Part shown: positions 45,765-54,608 of the stretch, in pieces
Position numbering within the stretch: the stretch's first letter is position 1
Layout: every line of letters begins with the position of its first letter
From: Chloroflexota bacterium
Lineage (GTDB): Bacteria > Chloroflexota > Dehalococcoidia > Lucifugimonadales > Australimonadaceae
Reading direction: 5' to 3'
Assembly: GCA_002719775.1 (NCBI GenBank)
Contig: PBEP01000014.1
Coordinates: 1-58,815, forward strand
Length of the DNA stretch: 58,815 nucleotides
Notes under the pieces: model-generated
Databases searched by the model: none
The model's input: the letters and a program-made list of their open reading frames with translations, nothing else
What the model was told of the DNA's origin: nothing
Position numbers and translations under genes: made by a program

Positions 45765-47237
45765 CTATGCCAACCCCCCAACAATTCTAAGTAAGGAGTT
45801 TTCTAAAACGTCTAGAAGTATTCTGGGATATATCCCAATAACCATAACCGGAATCAAAAGCAAGGCAATTGCCCATTTACCTGATGATGAAGCATCATTG
45901 AGATCAGCCCAACGCTTTAGCGATGGGCCAAAAAGTGTTCTTTGAATAGCCCAAAGCACGTAACCCGCAGCCAAAACTACACCAAATGCACATAAAGCTG
46001 TAGCTAAAGGGTAAGTATTGTAGGCACCTAAGAAAATTAGGATTTCAGCTACAAAACCGCTAGTTGATGGAAGCCCAAGTGAAGCCAAACCTGCAACTAT
46101 AAAGCCGATGCCAATCAGTGGCATTCTCGCGATCAATCCTCCCATATCAGGGATATATCGTGTGTGAGTTCGTTCGTAAATTAAACCAGCACATACAAAT
46201 AGCAAAGCTGTGATAATACCATGGGAAAACAACTGCAAGGCTGCGCCATTAATTGCTGTAGTGCTAATAACCGACCCACCAAAAGATGAAAGTCCCAGTA
46301 CAACAAAGCCCATATGGCTGACTGAACTGTAAGCAATTAACCTCTTTATGTCGGTTTGGCGTACTACAATAAAAGCTCCATAAAGCACATTGATAACCGC
46401 AGCTATGGCCAAAAGCGGTGCTAAGTCACTAAGTTGCTCAGGGAATAAACCTGCATTAATTCTAATTAGCCCGTATCCTCCCATCTTAAGTAAAACACCA
46501 GCCAACATCACACTTATCGCAGTTGGTGCATCAGTATGAGCATCAGGAAGCCATGTATGGAATGGGAAAATAGGCAATTTAACAGCAAACGCAACCAAAA
46601 ACCCTATAGAAATCAAACCTGCGTAAGGTATCAGGCCGGATATATCTCTCTCAGCAAGAATCATCATATCGAAGGTGCGATCTGCGACTGGTTGTGAAAG
46701 GTACAAAGCAATGATTGAAATAAACATGAATGCTGATCCAATCAACGTGAAAAGTAACACCTTCATAGCAGAATATTCTTTCCTACCAGAACCCCACTTT
46801 GCTATAAGGAAGTACATAGGAATAAGTTCAAGCTCCCAAAACACAAAAAACAGGAACATATCCATAGAAATAAAGACGCCCATAACTGCCGTCTGAAGCA
46901 ACAGTAAGAGGGCAAAATATTCACGTACCTTTTCTGTAATTGTCCAGGAAATAAGGACTGCAACAACGCCCAAAATAGCATTTAAGAAAACTAGTGATAC
47001 GCTCAACCCGTCGACAGCTAACAAATATTGAATATTGAACAACGGGACCCAATTTGCACGTTCTATAAATGAATAACCAGTGGTAGATCTATCGAAAGTA
47101 ACGAACAAAATCAGGACTAAAATCAGTTCTAGAATAACGAAGAATAAAGCAACGAGGCGTGAAATTCTAGGATTTTTGCCTACCAGCAACAATAATAAAG
47201 ATCCGACACTGGGGATGAAAATAACACTTGTTAGCAT
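45765..47237 (-). CDS. nuoM: Complex I-type subunit M
   Basis: 490 aa with FFVFWELELIPMY and HTWLPDAHTDAPTAISV. Confidence 0.92.
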   Translation of the reverse strand: MLTSVIFIPSVGSLLLLLVGKNPRISRLVALFFVILELILVLILFVTFDRSTTGYSFIERANWVPLFNIQYLLAVDGLSVSLVFLNAILGVVAVLISWTITEKVREYFALLLLLQTAVMGVFISMDMFLFFVFWELELIPMYFLIAKWGSGRKEYSAMKVLLFTLIGSAFMFISIIALYLSQPVADRTFDMMILAERDISGLIPYAGLISIGFLVAFAVKLPIFPFHTWLPDAHTDAPTAISVMLAGVLLKMGGYGLIRINAGLFPEQLSDLAPLLAIAAVINVLYGAFIVVRQTDIKRLIAYSSVSHMGFVVLGLSSFGGSVISTTAINGAALQLFSHGIITALLFVCAGLIYERTHTRYIPDMGGLIARMPLIGIGFIVAGLASLGLPSTSGFVAEILIFLGAYNTYPLATALCAFGVVLAAGYVLWAIQRTLFGPSLKRWADLNDASSSGKWAIALLLIPVMVIGIYPRILLDVLENSLLRIVGGLA

Positions 47238-47244
47238 TCTTCAT

Positions 47245-49239
47245 TCACCTGCTAGCCATATAAGCAAGCACAATTGTTGCTGCGCCCAATGAAATACCAA
47301 TACCGTAAACCTGTAATTGTCCAGTCTGGAGCTGGGCAAACGCTCTACCTGTATTCCTCCCAAACCAACTAATTAAATCCGCAAACCCGTCGATAATGTG
47401 TCTATCCACCCAATCGGAAGTAGCAAAAATCCCCTTATATCCAATCGTCTTCACAATAAAACCTTCATAAAAATGATCGAAGTAGTATCGCTGAATCAAA
47501 ATTTTCCTGACCGGTTCAAATGAATCCCCAAAAGCCCAGTTTTTGGTCAATTTCAATTGGTATATAACGGTTGCCAGGAAAATACCAAAGAAAGATGCAA
47601 AAGTGGATGCTAGTGCTACTCCAAAATGGAAATGCCCGTCTTGATCTGTAAATAAATGCATAAACATATGAGCGGGTAAATATAATATTTGAACTGGAGA
47701 TGCCAATACAAACCCTGCGAATATAGCTAGAACGGCTAGTAAAAACATGGGGACTAACATCTGCCAAGGCGATTCAGAAAGATGAACTTTCTCATCAACC
47801 TCATAAGGTTGTCTTAAATCTTTCGGAATCGCATCAATACCTCCTCTGAACTCCCCATGAAAAGTCATATGTAGCATCCGAAATGCATAGAAAGAAGTTA
47901 GGCAAGACACAATTAACCCTATCCAAAAAGCCAATTGCGAGACCCCAAAGCTATATGCATGGCTGCCTTCCCATGCACTCAGCAAAATCTCATCTTTGGA
48001 CCAAAAACCCGCAAATGGGAAAATTCCAGAAAGGGCCAAAACACCAACGAATGCCAAGCAATACGTATAAGGCAACTGTTTTCTGAGCCCTCCCATATAT
48101 CGCATGTCGAATGTTTTAACACTGTGGTGGACGCTACCAGAAGCTAAAAACAACAAACATTTAAAGAAGGCATGGGTGGTCAAATGAAACATCGCCACCA
48201 CCGGCATTCCTACACCAAGAGCAATAAACATAAATCCTAATTGACTCACTGTAGAAAAAGCCAAAACGCGCTTTATATCATTTGCTACTAAACCCATGGT
48301 AGCAGCGAACAATGCGGTTGAACTACCAATAAGAGCCACCCAAATCAACGCTATCCCACTTGCTTCAAAAAGTGGGAAGAAACGCGTTACGAGAAAAACC
48401 CCAGCAGCGACCATAGTCGCAGCATGGATCAGAGATGAAACCGGTGTAGGGCCTTCCATGGCATCCGGCAACCATGTATGCAAAGGAAATTGAGCGCTTT
48501 TCCCTACAGCACCCGCAAATAAGCCCAAGGCAATCCAAGTGGCTGTAGTAGAACCAAGCAGAGGGGCGACAGAAATGATATCTGGTATTTCAAATGGGTT
48601 GAGCCCCAATTCGTAAAAAAACTGTCTTTTTGAGAACAAATACAACAAAGCTAATATAAACCCGAAGTCACCTATCCTGGTGACCAAAAAAGCTTTTTTG
48701 GCAGCAGCAGCAGCAGCAGGGCGTTGATGCCAAAATCCAATCAGTAAATATGATGAAAGTCCTACAAGTTCCCAAAACACGAATAGTTGAATCAAGTTTA
48801 AGGAGGTAACCAATCCCAACATAGAAAAAGTGAATAGGCCCATATAGGCAAAGTATCTCGAGTACGAGGAATCTAATTTTTGTTCATGGTCTTGTAAATA
48901 ACCTTGAGAATACACTTGAACTAAAAGGCTAACCCCTGTCACAACTACCAGCATGGTTGCAGTCAGAGGATCAAGAATGATGCCAACTGTCATAACAAAT
49001 TGTTGAATGCTATTGGCCTCATCCACTATAAACCAAATATGAGAGGGGAATTCGAAGCTTTGGCCCCACACTGAAAGGAGTGCCCAAAAACTAAGAATAA
49101 AGGCTAAGCCTATGGATCCCGAAGTTAATAAGCTCGACCAGCGTGACCTTGGACCTAGTACGGGCCGTATAAAAAGGCTAATGAAGATAAAAGACATCAA
49201 TGGCAAAAATATAATTGCCCAAACTAACGCTTCATTCAT
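47245..49239 (-). CDS. nuoL: Complex I-type subunit L
   Basis: 664 aa with FVFWELVGLSSYLLIGFW, HTWLPDAMEGPTPVSSLIHAATMV and a long C-terminal lateral-helix region. Confidence 0.93.
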   Translation of the reverse strand: MNEALVWAIIFLPLMSFIFISLFIRPVLGPRSRWSSLLTSGSIGLAFILSFWALLSVWGQSFEFPSHIWFIVDEANSIQQFVMTVGIILDPLTATMLVVVTGVSLLVQVYSQGYLQDHEQKLDSSYSRYFAYMGLFTFSMLGLVTSLNLIQLFVFWELVGLSSYLLIGFWHQRPAAAAAAKKAFLVTRIGDFGFILALLYLFSKRQFFYELGLNPFEIPDIISVAPLLGSTTATWIALGLFAGAVGKSAQFPLHTWLPDAMEGPTPVSSLIHAATMVAAGVFLVTRFFPLFEASGIALIWVALIGSSTALFAATMGLVANDIKRVLAFSTVSQLGFMFIALGVGMPVVAMFHLTTHAFFKCLLFLASGSVHHSVKTFDMRYMGGLRKQLPYTYCLAFVGVLALSGIFPFAGFWSKDEILLSAWEGSHAYSFGVSQLAFWIGLIVSCLTSFYAFRMLHMTFHGEFRGGIDAIPKDLRQPYEVDEKVHLSESPWQMLVPMFLLAVLAIFAGFVLASPVQILYLPAHMFMHLFTDQDGHFHFGVALASTFASFFGIFLATVIYQLKLTKNWAFGDSFEPVRKILIQRYYFDHFYEGFIVKTIGYKGIFATSDWVDRHIIDGFADLISWFGRNTGRAFAQLQTGQLQVYGIGISLGAATIVLAYMASR

Positions 49240-49240
49240 A

Positions 49241-49435
49241 TTAGAGCTTCCTCAGGATTTCGTCCGCCACGTGCTCTCTTCCTCGAGGAACCATCACACG
49301 AAAGGCAGTATTTTCACTGGCATATAAAATGCCATTGACTGGTAGAAGCCTAACGGGAAGTCCTTCACCTTCGAGAATTTCCATCCACATTTGAGCAGCA
49401 ATCAATGTATTTACAGTTTTATAGCCCACCCACAT
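49241..49435 (-). CDS. DUF2007-like small soluble protein embedded between nuoK and nuoL
   Basis: 64 aa, no TM. N-T-L-I-A-A-Q-M-W-M-E-I-L-E-G-E-G-L-P...F-R-V-M-V-P-R-G-R-E-H-V-A-D-E-I-L resembles the beta-alpha-beta pattern of the putative signal-transducing DUF2007 family. It lies 7 nt after the nuoK stop and its stop is 1 nt before the nuoL ATG. The nuoL SD (GAGGAAG) lies inside its 3' end. Confidence 0.65.
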   Translation of the reverse strand: MWVGYKTVNTLIAAQMWMEILEGEGLPVRLLPVNGILYASENTAFRVMVPRGREHVADEILRKL

Positions 49436-49442
49436 TAAATAA

Positions 49443-49787
49443 TTAATTCCCCATCAAGTTTATTTCTGTTACGTCTGTGGTGTTTCGAGATCTTATTAAA
49501 GCAATAACCAATGCAAGCCCCAGCGCTACTTCTGCAGCAGCTACAACTACAACAAATATAGCGAATGCTTGGCCATCTAAAACTTTAACTGAATCAGATG
49601 CATCTACAGAAGTGAGTCGCATAAATGCTGGGGTAGAGTATCTAGAAAATGCTACTAAAGCCACATTAACGCCATTCAGCATCAATTCTGTACAAATCAA
49701 AACGGCAATTATATTTCGGCGAGAAAGCGCACCATAAAGTCCTATGCAGAACAAAATAACTGATAGCAATAAGTATCGTTCAAGCAT
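49443..49787 (-). CDS. nuoK: Complex I-type subunit K
   Basis: 114 aa with 3 TM helices, starting MLERYLLLSVILFCIGLYGALSRRN, with ELMLNGVN. Confidence 0.92.
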   Translation of the reverse strand: MLERYLLLSVILFCIGLYGALSRRNIIAVLICTELMLNGVNVALVAFSRYSTPAFMRLTSVDASDSVKVLDGQAFAIFVVVVAAAEVALGLALVIALIRSRNTTDVTEINLMGN

Positions 49788-49842
49788 TATAGAATCAGCC
49801 TGAAAATTGATTTACAACTAACAATAGGAGTATAAGCAATCA

Positions 49843-50355
49843 TCATTTATCTCTCACTAGTGCTAAAGCACCAACTACAGCTGCAAGCAGCAAAACACCC
49901 ACCGTTTCAAAAGCCATCACATAGTCTCGAATAATTGCAGTTCCTAATTGTGAAGAGCTATCTACCAACGTTGATTCAACAAATACGGGTAACTCGGCGG
50001 GCATCTCGTTCCATTGTGATTGAAAAATTGCCCAGGATAAAGCAATAAAAAGTAGGCCTACAACCACAATAGACACTGGTTGCAAATTGGTTGATCGAGT
50101 TGAGTGTGGCATGTCTTTAGTAAACATAACCGCAAATATGACTAAAACAGACACAGCACCTACATAAATCAAAACCTGAGCAACAGCCAAGAATTCAGCG
50201 TTCATTTGCGCAAATATCCCTGCTATAGCTAAAAATGTGACAATCAATGCCAAAGCAGATCTGAACATATCGCGTTGCCCCACAACTAGCAGTGCACTAA
50301 ACACTGTTATTGCGAACAATGCCCAAAAGATTACTTCTTGGTATAAATTAGGCAT
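49843..50355 (-). CDS. nuoJ: Complex I-type subunit J
   Basis: 170 aa with 5 TM helices, LAVAQVLIYVGAVSVL, and the expected position between I and K. Confidence 0.88.
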   Translation of the reverse strand: MPNLYQEVIFWALFAITVFSALLVVGQRDMFRSALALIVTFLAIAGIFAQMNAEFLAVAQVLIYVGAVSVLVIFAVMFTKDMPHSTRSTNLQPVSIVVVGLLFIALSWAIFQSQWNEMPAELPVFVESTLVDSSSQLGTAIIRDYVMAFETVGVLLLAAVVGALALVRDK

Positions 50356-50383
50356 ATATACGAGCTAAGGCTCTAGTTTCTCC

Positions 50384-50983
50384 TTAATCATTGTCTTGGC
50401 TTTTATCATAGTCGCCATCGGAAGAAGCTTTTTGAGCTAAATCTTCAGGAACCATTTCTGGCCGTTTAGGGTGCCAGAAGTATGTTTCCCTGCCGACCTC
50501 TCTCCAATCAGCAATTTCTGTGAAAGGATCAAAGCCTTCTTTCGCAAGCTGTGGCCTGAACCAAGCACTTGGATGTTTTGGACGTGCTCGCAAGTCATCT
50601 ATAGTTATGACTAAATCTTCCCGACTATAAGTTGCTGCTTCAAATCGAGTACCCATATGTAAAGCATCATATGGACACGCTTCCACACAAATTCCGCAGT
50701 ACATGCAACGAGCTTGGTCTATATCAAACTGGTCTATCCGGTAGGAACCTCCATCTTGATAGTCCCCGCCAGAAGGATCGGTAACTATTTTAATAATACC
50801 TAGGGGACAGTACTTTGCACATGAAGCACAACCAGTGCAACGCTCTTCATACCAAGTGAATTCTTGCCCTCTAAATCTAGGATGTTGCTGCAACCTTTCT
50901 TCAGGGTATTGCACTGTAGAAGGCTTACGCAAAAAATTTTGTAAAGTAACTCCAAAAGCTTTTAGCATCCCACTTCCGTACAT
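50384..50983 (-). CDS. nuoI: Complex I-type subunit I (2x[4Fe-4S] ferredoxin)
   Basis: 199 aa with CTGCASCAKYCP and CMYCGICVEACP, plus an acidic C-terminal tail. Confidence 0.93.
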   Translation of the reverse strand: MYGSGMLKAFGVTLQNFLRKPSTVQYPEERLQQHPRFRGQEFTWYEERCTGCASCAKYCPLGIIKIVTDPSGGDYQDGGSYRIDQFDIDQARCMYCGICVEACPYDALHMGTRFEAATYSREDLVITIDDLRARPKHPSAWFRPQLAKEGFDPFTEIADWREVGRETYFWHPKRPEMVPEDLAQKASSDGDYDKSQDND

Positions 50984-50985
50984 CG

Positions 50986-52179
50986 CTAAACCCCTTTACC
51001 AACATGAAACTTGGCACTCTCACCAAAGGGTATTCCAGATTTCCTGTTGGTGATTTTTATTAGAACGGGAACAGCAACCACCATCAAGATCCAGTTGCTC
51101 ACAACCATCAACCACATATCTTGTTGTTGCAGGTTACCGAATTCATCAGCAAGCAATAATCTTTGTACACTTAGTGCTATCACATTTATTAGGCTTAAAG
51201 GGAACAGGAATTTCCAAGCAAATGTCAAAATTTGATCAGGCCTTAACCTCGGTAGAGTCGAACGAACCCAAGTTGCTAAAAGTGCAAAAAGTCCCACTTT
51301 TAGCAACATCCAAATGTGAGAAGGCAGAATTGCCCACTTCCAGCCTTGCAAGAACAAAACTGCAAATACGGCACCTGCAACCATTAATGCAGCAAATTCT
51401 GCAAGCATAAACGTGCCAAATTTCATACCGCTATATTCAGTCAGATAACCTGCAACAATCTCAGATTCACCCTCTGTAATATCAAAGGGAGATCGGTTCA
51501 ATTCAGCCGACATAGCAGTCAAGAAAATGAATGCGGCCAAAGGAGTGACAAGGAGAAAAGGAATAGTTTGAGAATTAACAACTTCTATCAATGACATCGA
51601 GCCCGCCAAAATCGTGATCGATAATAAAGACATGACTAAAGGAATTTCGTAACTAATAAGTACTGCAGCAGCCCTCATGGCACCAAAAGTTGAAAATTTG
51701 TTGGCAGATGCATAACCAGCCATTAGAACTGCAATGGAACCTAACCCTGATACCGCTACTAAATAAAGTAATCCAATGTTCAAATCCGCTAAAAAGGTTT
51801 TTTCTCCCAAAGGGATTACGCCCATAGCCATCAACACGGAACCTAGCATCACTATTGGTGCAATGTTGAAGACCCATCTGTCAGCGCTTCGTGGGACAAT
51901 ATCTTCTTTAGTCAGAAGTTTGACAGCATCTGCCAGTGCTTGAAGTAAACCAAAAGGTCCTGCTCGATTTGGGCCTAAGCGATTCGTAAATCTACCCAAC
52001 AGTCTTCGTTCAGCCCATGTGTAAAAAGTTGCAAGGAGCATTAGTACATTTACTACTAAAAGCACTACTGAAAAAGTGGCAATCGCATAGGCAAGCCATG
52101 CTAACTCACTGCCGAAGACACTAAGAATAAATTCGTAAACATGCCGATAAACGATGTTTTCTGCTAACGCTTCCCCCAC
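50986..52179 (-). CDS. nuoH: Complex I-type subunit H (with extra C-terminal helix)
   Basis: The track ORF (ATG 52308) overlaps nuoD by 130 nt. GTG 52179 overlaps the nuoD stop by 1 nt (TAGTG), the same junction as ribE/ribBA. Motifs: AERRLLGRFTNRLGPNRAGPFGLLQALADAVKL and PFDITEGESE. Confidence 0.9.
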   Translation of the reverse strand: MGEALAENIVYRHVYEFILSVFGSELAWLAYAIATFSVVLLVVNVLMLLATFYTWAERRLLGRFTNRLGPNRAGPFGLLQALADAVKLLTKEDIVPRSADRWVFNIAPIVMLGSVLMAMGVIPLGEKTFLADLNIGLLYLVAVSGLGSIAVLMAGYASANKFSTFGAMRAAAVLISYEIPLVMSLLSITILAGSMSLIEVVNSQTIPFLLVTPLAAFIFLTAMSAELNRSPFDITEGESEIVAGYLTEYSGMKFGTFMLAEFAALMVAGAVFAVLFLQGWKWAILPSHIWMLLKVGLFALLATWVRSTLPRLRPDQILTFAWKFLFPLSLINVIALSVQRLLLADEFGNLQQQDMWLMVVSNWILMVVAVPVLIKITNRKSGIPFGESAKFHVGKGV

Positions 52180-53285
52180 TATCGGTCTACCTCTCCCATA
52201 TTGAAATCTAAACTGCCCAGACTCACGATGATATCTGCTAATTTCCAGCCAACTAACATCTCTTTGAACAACGTCAAGCTGATAAAAGAAGGGGAGCGAA
52301 TTTTGCAACGATAGGGGGCAATCGATCCATCACTAACCAAGTAAAACCCCAATTCTCCCTTAGGAGCTTCGATAGGAACGTAAGCCTCACCCGGTGACGG
52401 CCTGAATAACAAAGAAGTGGTGCTTCTAACGGGACCTGATCTAATATCTCGATAGCACTGCTCAATTATCTTGAGTGATTGTTCTACTTCTAACATCCTT
52501 ACCCAGAATCTATCGAAATTATCACCACCTTGGGCTGTAATTACATCAAACTTAACCTGATCGTAGGCATCATAGGGTTGAGCTGCGCGAATATCCCAGG
52601 GCACGCCAGAGGCACGTAAAATTGGCCCAGTCAAAGACGCGTCAATCGCTTGATCTGCCGAAATAACACTCACATTTTTAGTTCTTGCCTGAACAATTTC
52701 ACTTTCAAAGATAAGTTTGTTCAACTCATCGGCATAACCAGGCATTTCGTCCAAAAACTTTCTAAGTGCAGGCCAAAATTCTTCAGGAGCATCTTGGAAA
52801 ACTCCCCCAATTCGCATGAATGAGACTGTGATCCTCGCACCACATAACATTTCAAACATATCCAGTATTCGTTCTCGCTCCCTGAAACAGTACATCAATG
52901 CAGTACCACCAAAACCACCAAGCTCAGCAAGAAAAAAGCCCACACCTACAAGGTGACTTGCTACGCGTTGCAATTCAGCAGCAATAGTCCTCAAGTACTT
53001 GCCACGATCAGGAACTTCAATATCTATTAATTTTTCACATGAAAGAACATATGCTTGGTTGTTAGTCATAGAAGCCACATAGTCCAATCTGTCTGTCAGC
53101 GTTATTACTTGCGAGTATTGACGTTCCTCTGCAAGTTTTTCAGTTCCGCGATGCAGATATCCTATGACTGGCTCAACGTCCTGAACATTTTCACCATCAA
53201 AGGTTACGCGCATACGAAAAACACCATGCGTACTTGGGTGGTGCGGTCCAATATTTACTACAACGGGCTCAGTGTGTAATGACAT
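52179..53285 (-). CDS. nuoD: Complex I-type subunit D
   Basis: 368 aa with NIGPHHPSTHGVFR, RLDYV and C-terminal GEVDR. Confidence 0.93.
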   Translation of the reverse strand: MSLHTEPVVVNIGPHHPSTHGVFRMRVTFDGENVQDVEPVIGYLHRGTEKLAEERQYSQVITLTDRLDYVASMTNNQAYVLSCEKLIDIEVPDRGKYLRTIAAELQRVASHLVGVGFFLAELGGFGGTALMYCFRERERILDMFEMLCGARITVSFMRIGGVFQDAPEEFWPALRKFLDEMPGYADELNKLIFESEIVQARTKNVSVISADQAIDASLTGPILRASGVPWDIRAAQPYDAYDQVKFDVITAQGGDNFDRFWVRMLEVEQSLKIIEQCYRDIRSGPVRSTTSLLFRPSPGEAYVPIEAPKGELGFYLVSDGSIAPYRCKIRSPSFISLTLFKEMLVGWKLADIIVSLGSLDFNMGEVDR

Positions 53286-53332
53286 ATATTAAATCTCAGT
53301 GCTTAGCTCCTAAAATATAAAAAACCTAAAAT

Positions 53333-53809
53333 CTATCCACCGTGCGGCCAACTATATGGAAGAGGAGGCTCTAAATAATCTCTTCTTAACGGATAACCTT
53401 GGAACCCTTCCCAAAGTAAAATCCTACGCAGGTCGGGGTGCCCAATAAAACTAATACCCATTAAATCAAAAACTTCCCTCTCCTGCAGATCAGCACCTTT
53501 CCAAACTGATACAACACTCGGAACTGAAGGCTCTTCACGGCCAAAAACTCGTGTTTTTATGACACAGGTTTTATTATCAACTATAGAAGTCATTTGGTAG
53601 ATTAATTCAAAAAATTCAACATAATCAACGGCAGTTATAGCATTTAGGAGAACGCAGTTAAATTTGGGTGATTTTTTCAAATGCGAACATATTTCTTGTA
53701 TCTTTTGTGACTCAACCAGTATGAAATTATCGTGAGTGTTTAAAATTGAACCTTCAAATTGTTTACCAAGACCAACTGCTATCTCACTGCCGCTTATTAC
53801 AGTAGACAT
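53333..53809 (-). CDS. nuoC: Complex I-type subunit C
   Basis: 158 aa with WKGADLQEREVFDLMGISFIGHPDLRRILL. Confidence 0.92.
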   Translation of the reverse strand: MSTVISGSEIAVGLGKQFEGSILNTHDNFILVESQKIQEICSHLKKSPKFNCVLLNAITAVDYVEFFELIYQMTSIVDNKTCVIKTRVFGREEPSVPSVVSVWKGADLQEREVFDLMGISFIGHPDLRRILLWEGFQGYPLRRDYLEPPLPYSWPHGG

Positions 53810-54448
53810 CTAGCCTCCCGCTGGTTGGTTTCCCAACTTGTACAGGTTAATCTTTTCATGCAATTGCATAATGCCATATAGCAAAGCATCCGGTCGTGGA
53901 GGACAACCAGGTACATATACATCGACAGGCACTATATGATTCACACCTGGTACTACACTGTAGCCTTGGTAGTAAGGACCTCCTGAAGTAGCACAAACAC
54001 CCATAGCTATTACCCATTTGGGTTCGGCCATTTGGTCGTAGATTCTACGAACTGCTGGGGCCATTTTCCAAGTTAAAGTTCCCGATACGATTAGTAGGTC
54101 TGCCTGACGTGGTGAAGCCCGCATAGTTTCCATTCCAAAGCGAGCCAAGTCGAATCGACCCATAGCAGATGCAAGCATTTCAAAGACACAACACGCCAAA
54201 CCAAAAGCAACTGGCCAAGTGGCAGAGCGCCTACTCCAATTTATTAATGCGTCCAATGAAGTTACAGCGATATTGCCCTTATACTCTGCGGGCACTTTGA
54301 TCAGAGGATCCGGGAAAGCTTCCTGAGCAGACCACTTTAATTCCTCAATGGTTTGACCTTCAATGCGATCAAAACTCCAATAATCTTCTGGCAATCGACT
54401 CTGCCCATAAACAGAATCTGGACTTACATTGCCTGAGGTCGATTGCAT
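53810..54448 (-). CDS. nuoB: Complex I-type subunit B (N2 cluster subunit) with a hydrophilic N-terminal extension
   Basis: 212 aa with [19 protein letters not shown] and PGCPPRP. AGGAGG lies 5 nt upstream of the ATG. Confidence 0.93.
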   Translation of the reverse strand: MQSTSGNVSPDSVYGQSRLPEDYWSFDRIEGQTIEELKWSAQEAFPDPLIKVPAEYKGNIAVTSLDALINWSRRSATWPVAFGLACCVFEMLASAMGRFDLARFGMETMRASPRQADLLIVSGTLTWKMAPAVRRIYDQMAEPKWVIAMGVCATSGGPYYQGYSVVPGVNHIVPVDVYVPGCPPRPDALLYGIMQLHEKINLYKLGNQPAGG

Positions 54449-54555
54449 GCATGCCTCCTACTGCAAGAGTAGATCTCTGCAGCTTGCTAAATAGGCTTAA
54501 CAAGCACCTTGAGGATAGCACAGCACTAAGAATGTGAAAAGTCGCACAACCTCTG

Positions 54556-54571
54556 TAAATAGGCCTATTTA
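54556..54571. promoter_or_regulatory. Perfect 16-bp palindrome TAAATAGGCCTATTTA (candidate operator) in the nuoB / translin-like divergent spacer
   Basis: It is its own reverse complement. A matching half-site AAATAGGC recurs at 54489-54496. Confidence 0.4.
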
Positions 54572-54608
54572 AATCCAATAATGTACATATGGTGTAACCT
54601 ATTTCATC

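Noticed and set aside
48701-48719. (GCA)6 trinucleotide run inside nuoL
   Set aside because: On the coding strand it encodes P-A-A-A-A-A-A in a region that is Ala-rich in NuoL generally. Slippage would be in-frame, so it is probably just coding sequence.
52180-52308. N-terminal 43 codons of the 440-aa nuoH track ORF
   Set aside because: They overlap the conserved nuoD C-terminus. GTG 52179 forms the same TAGTG junction seen at ribE/ribBA and gives a sensible NuoH N-terminus.
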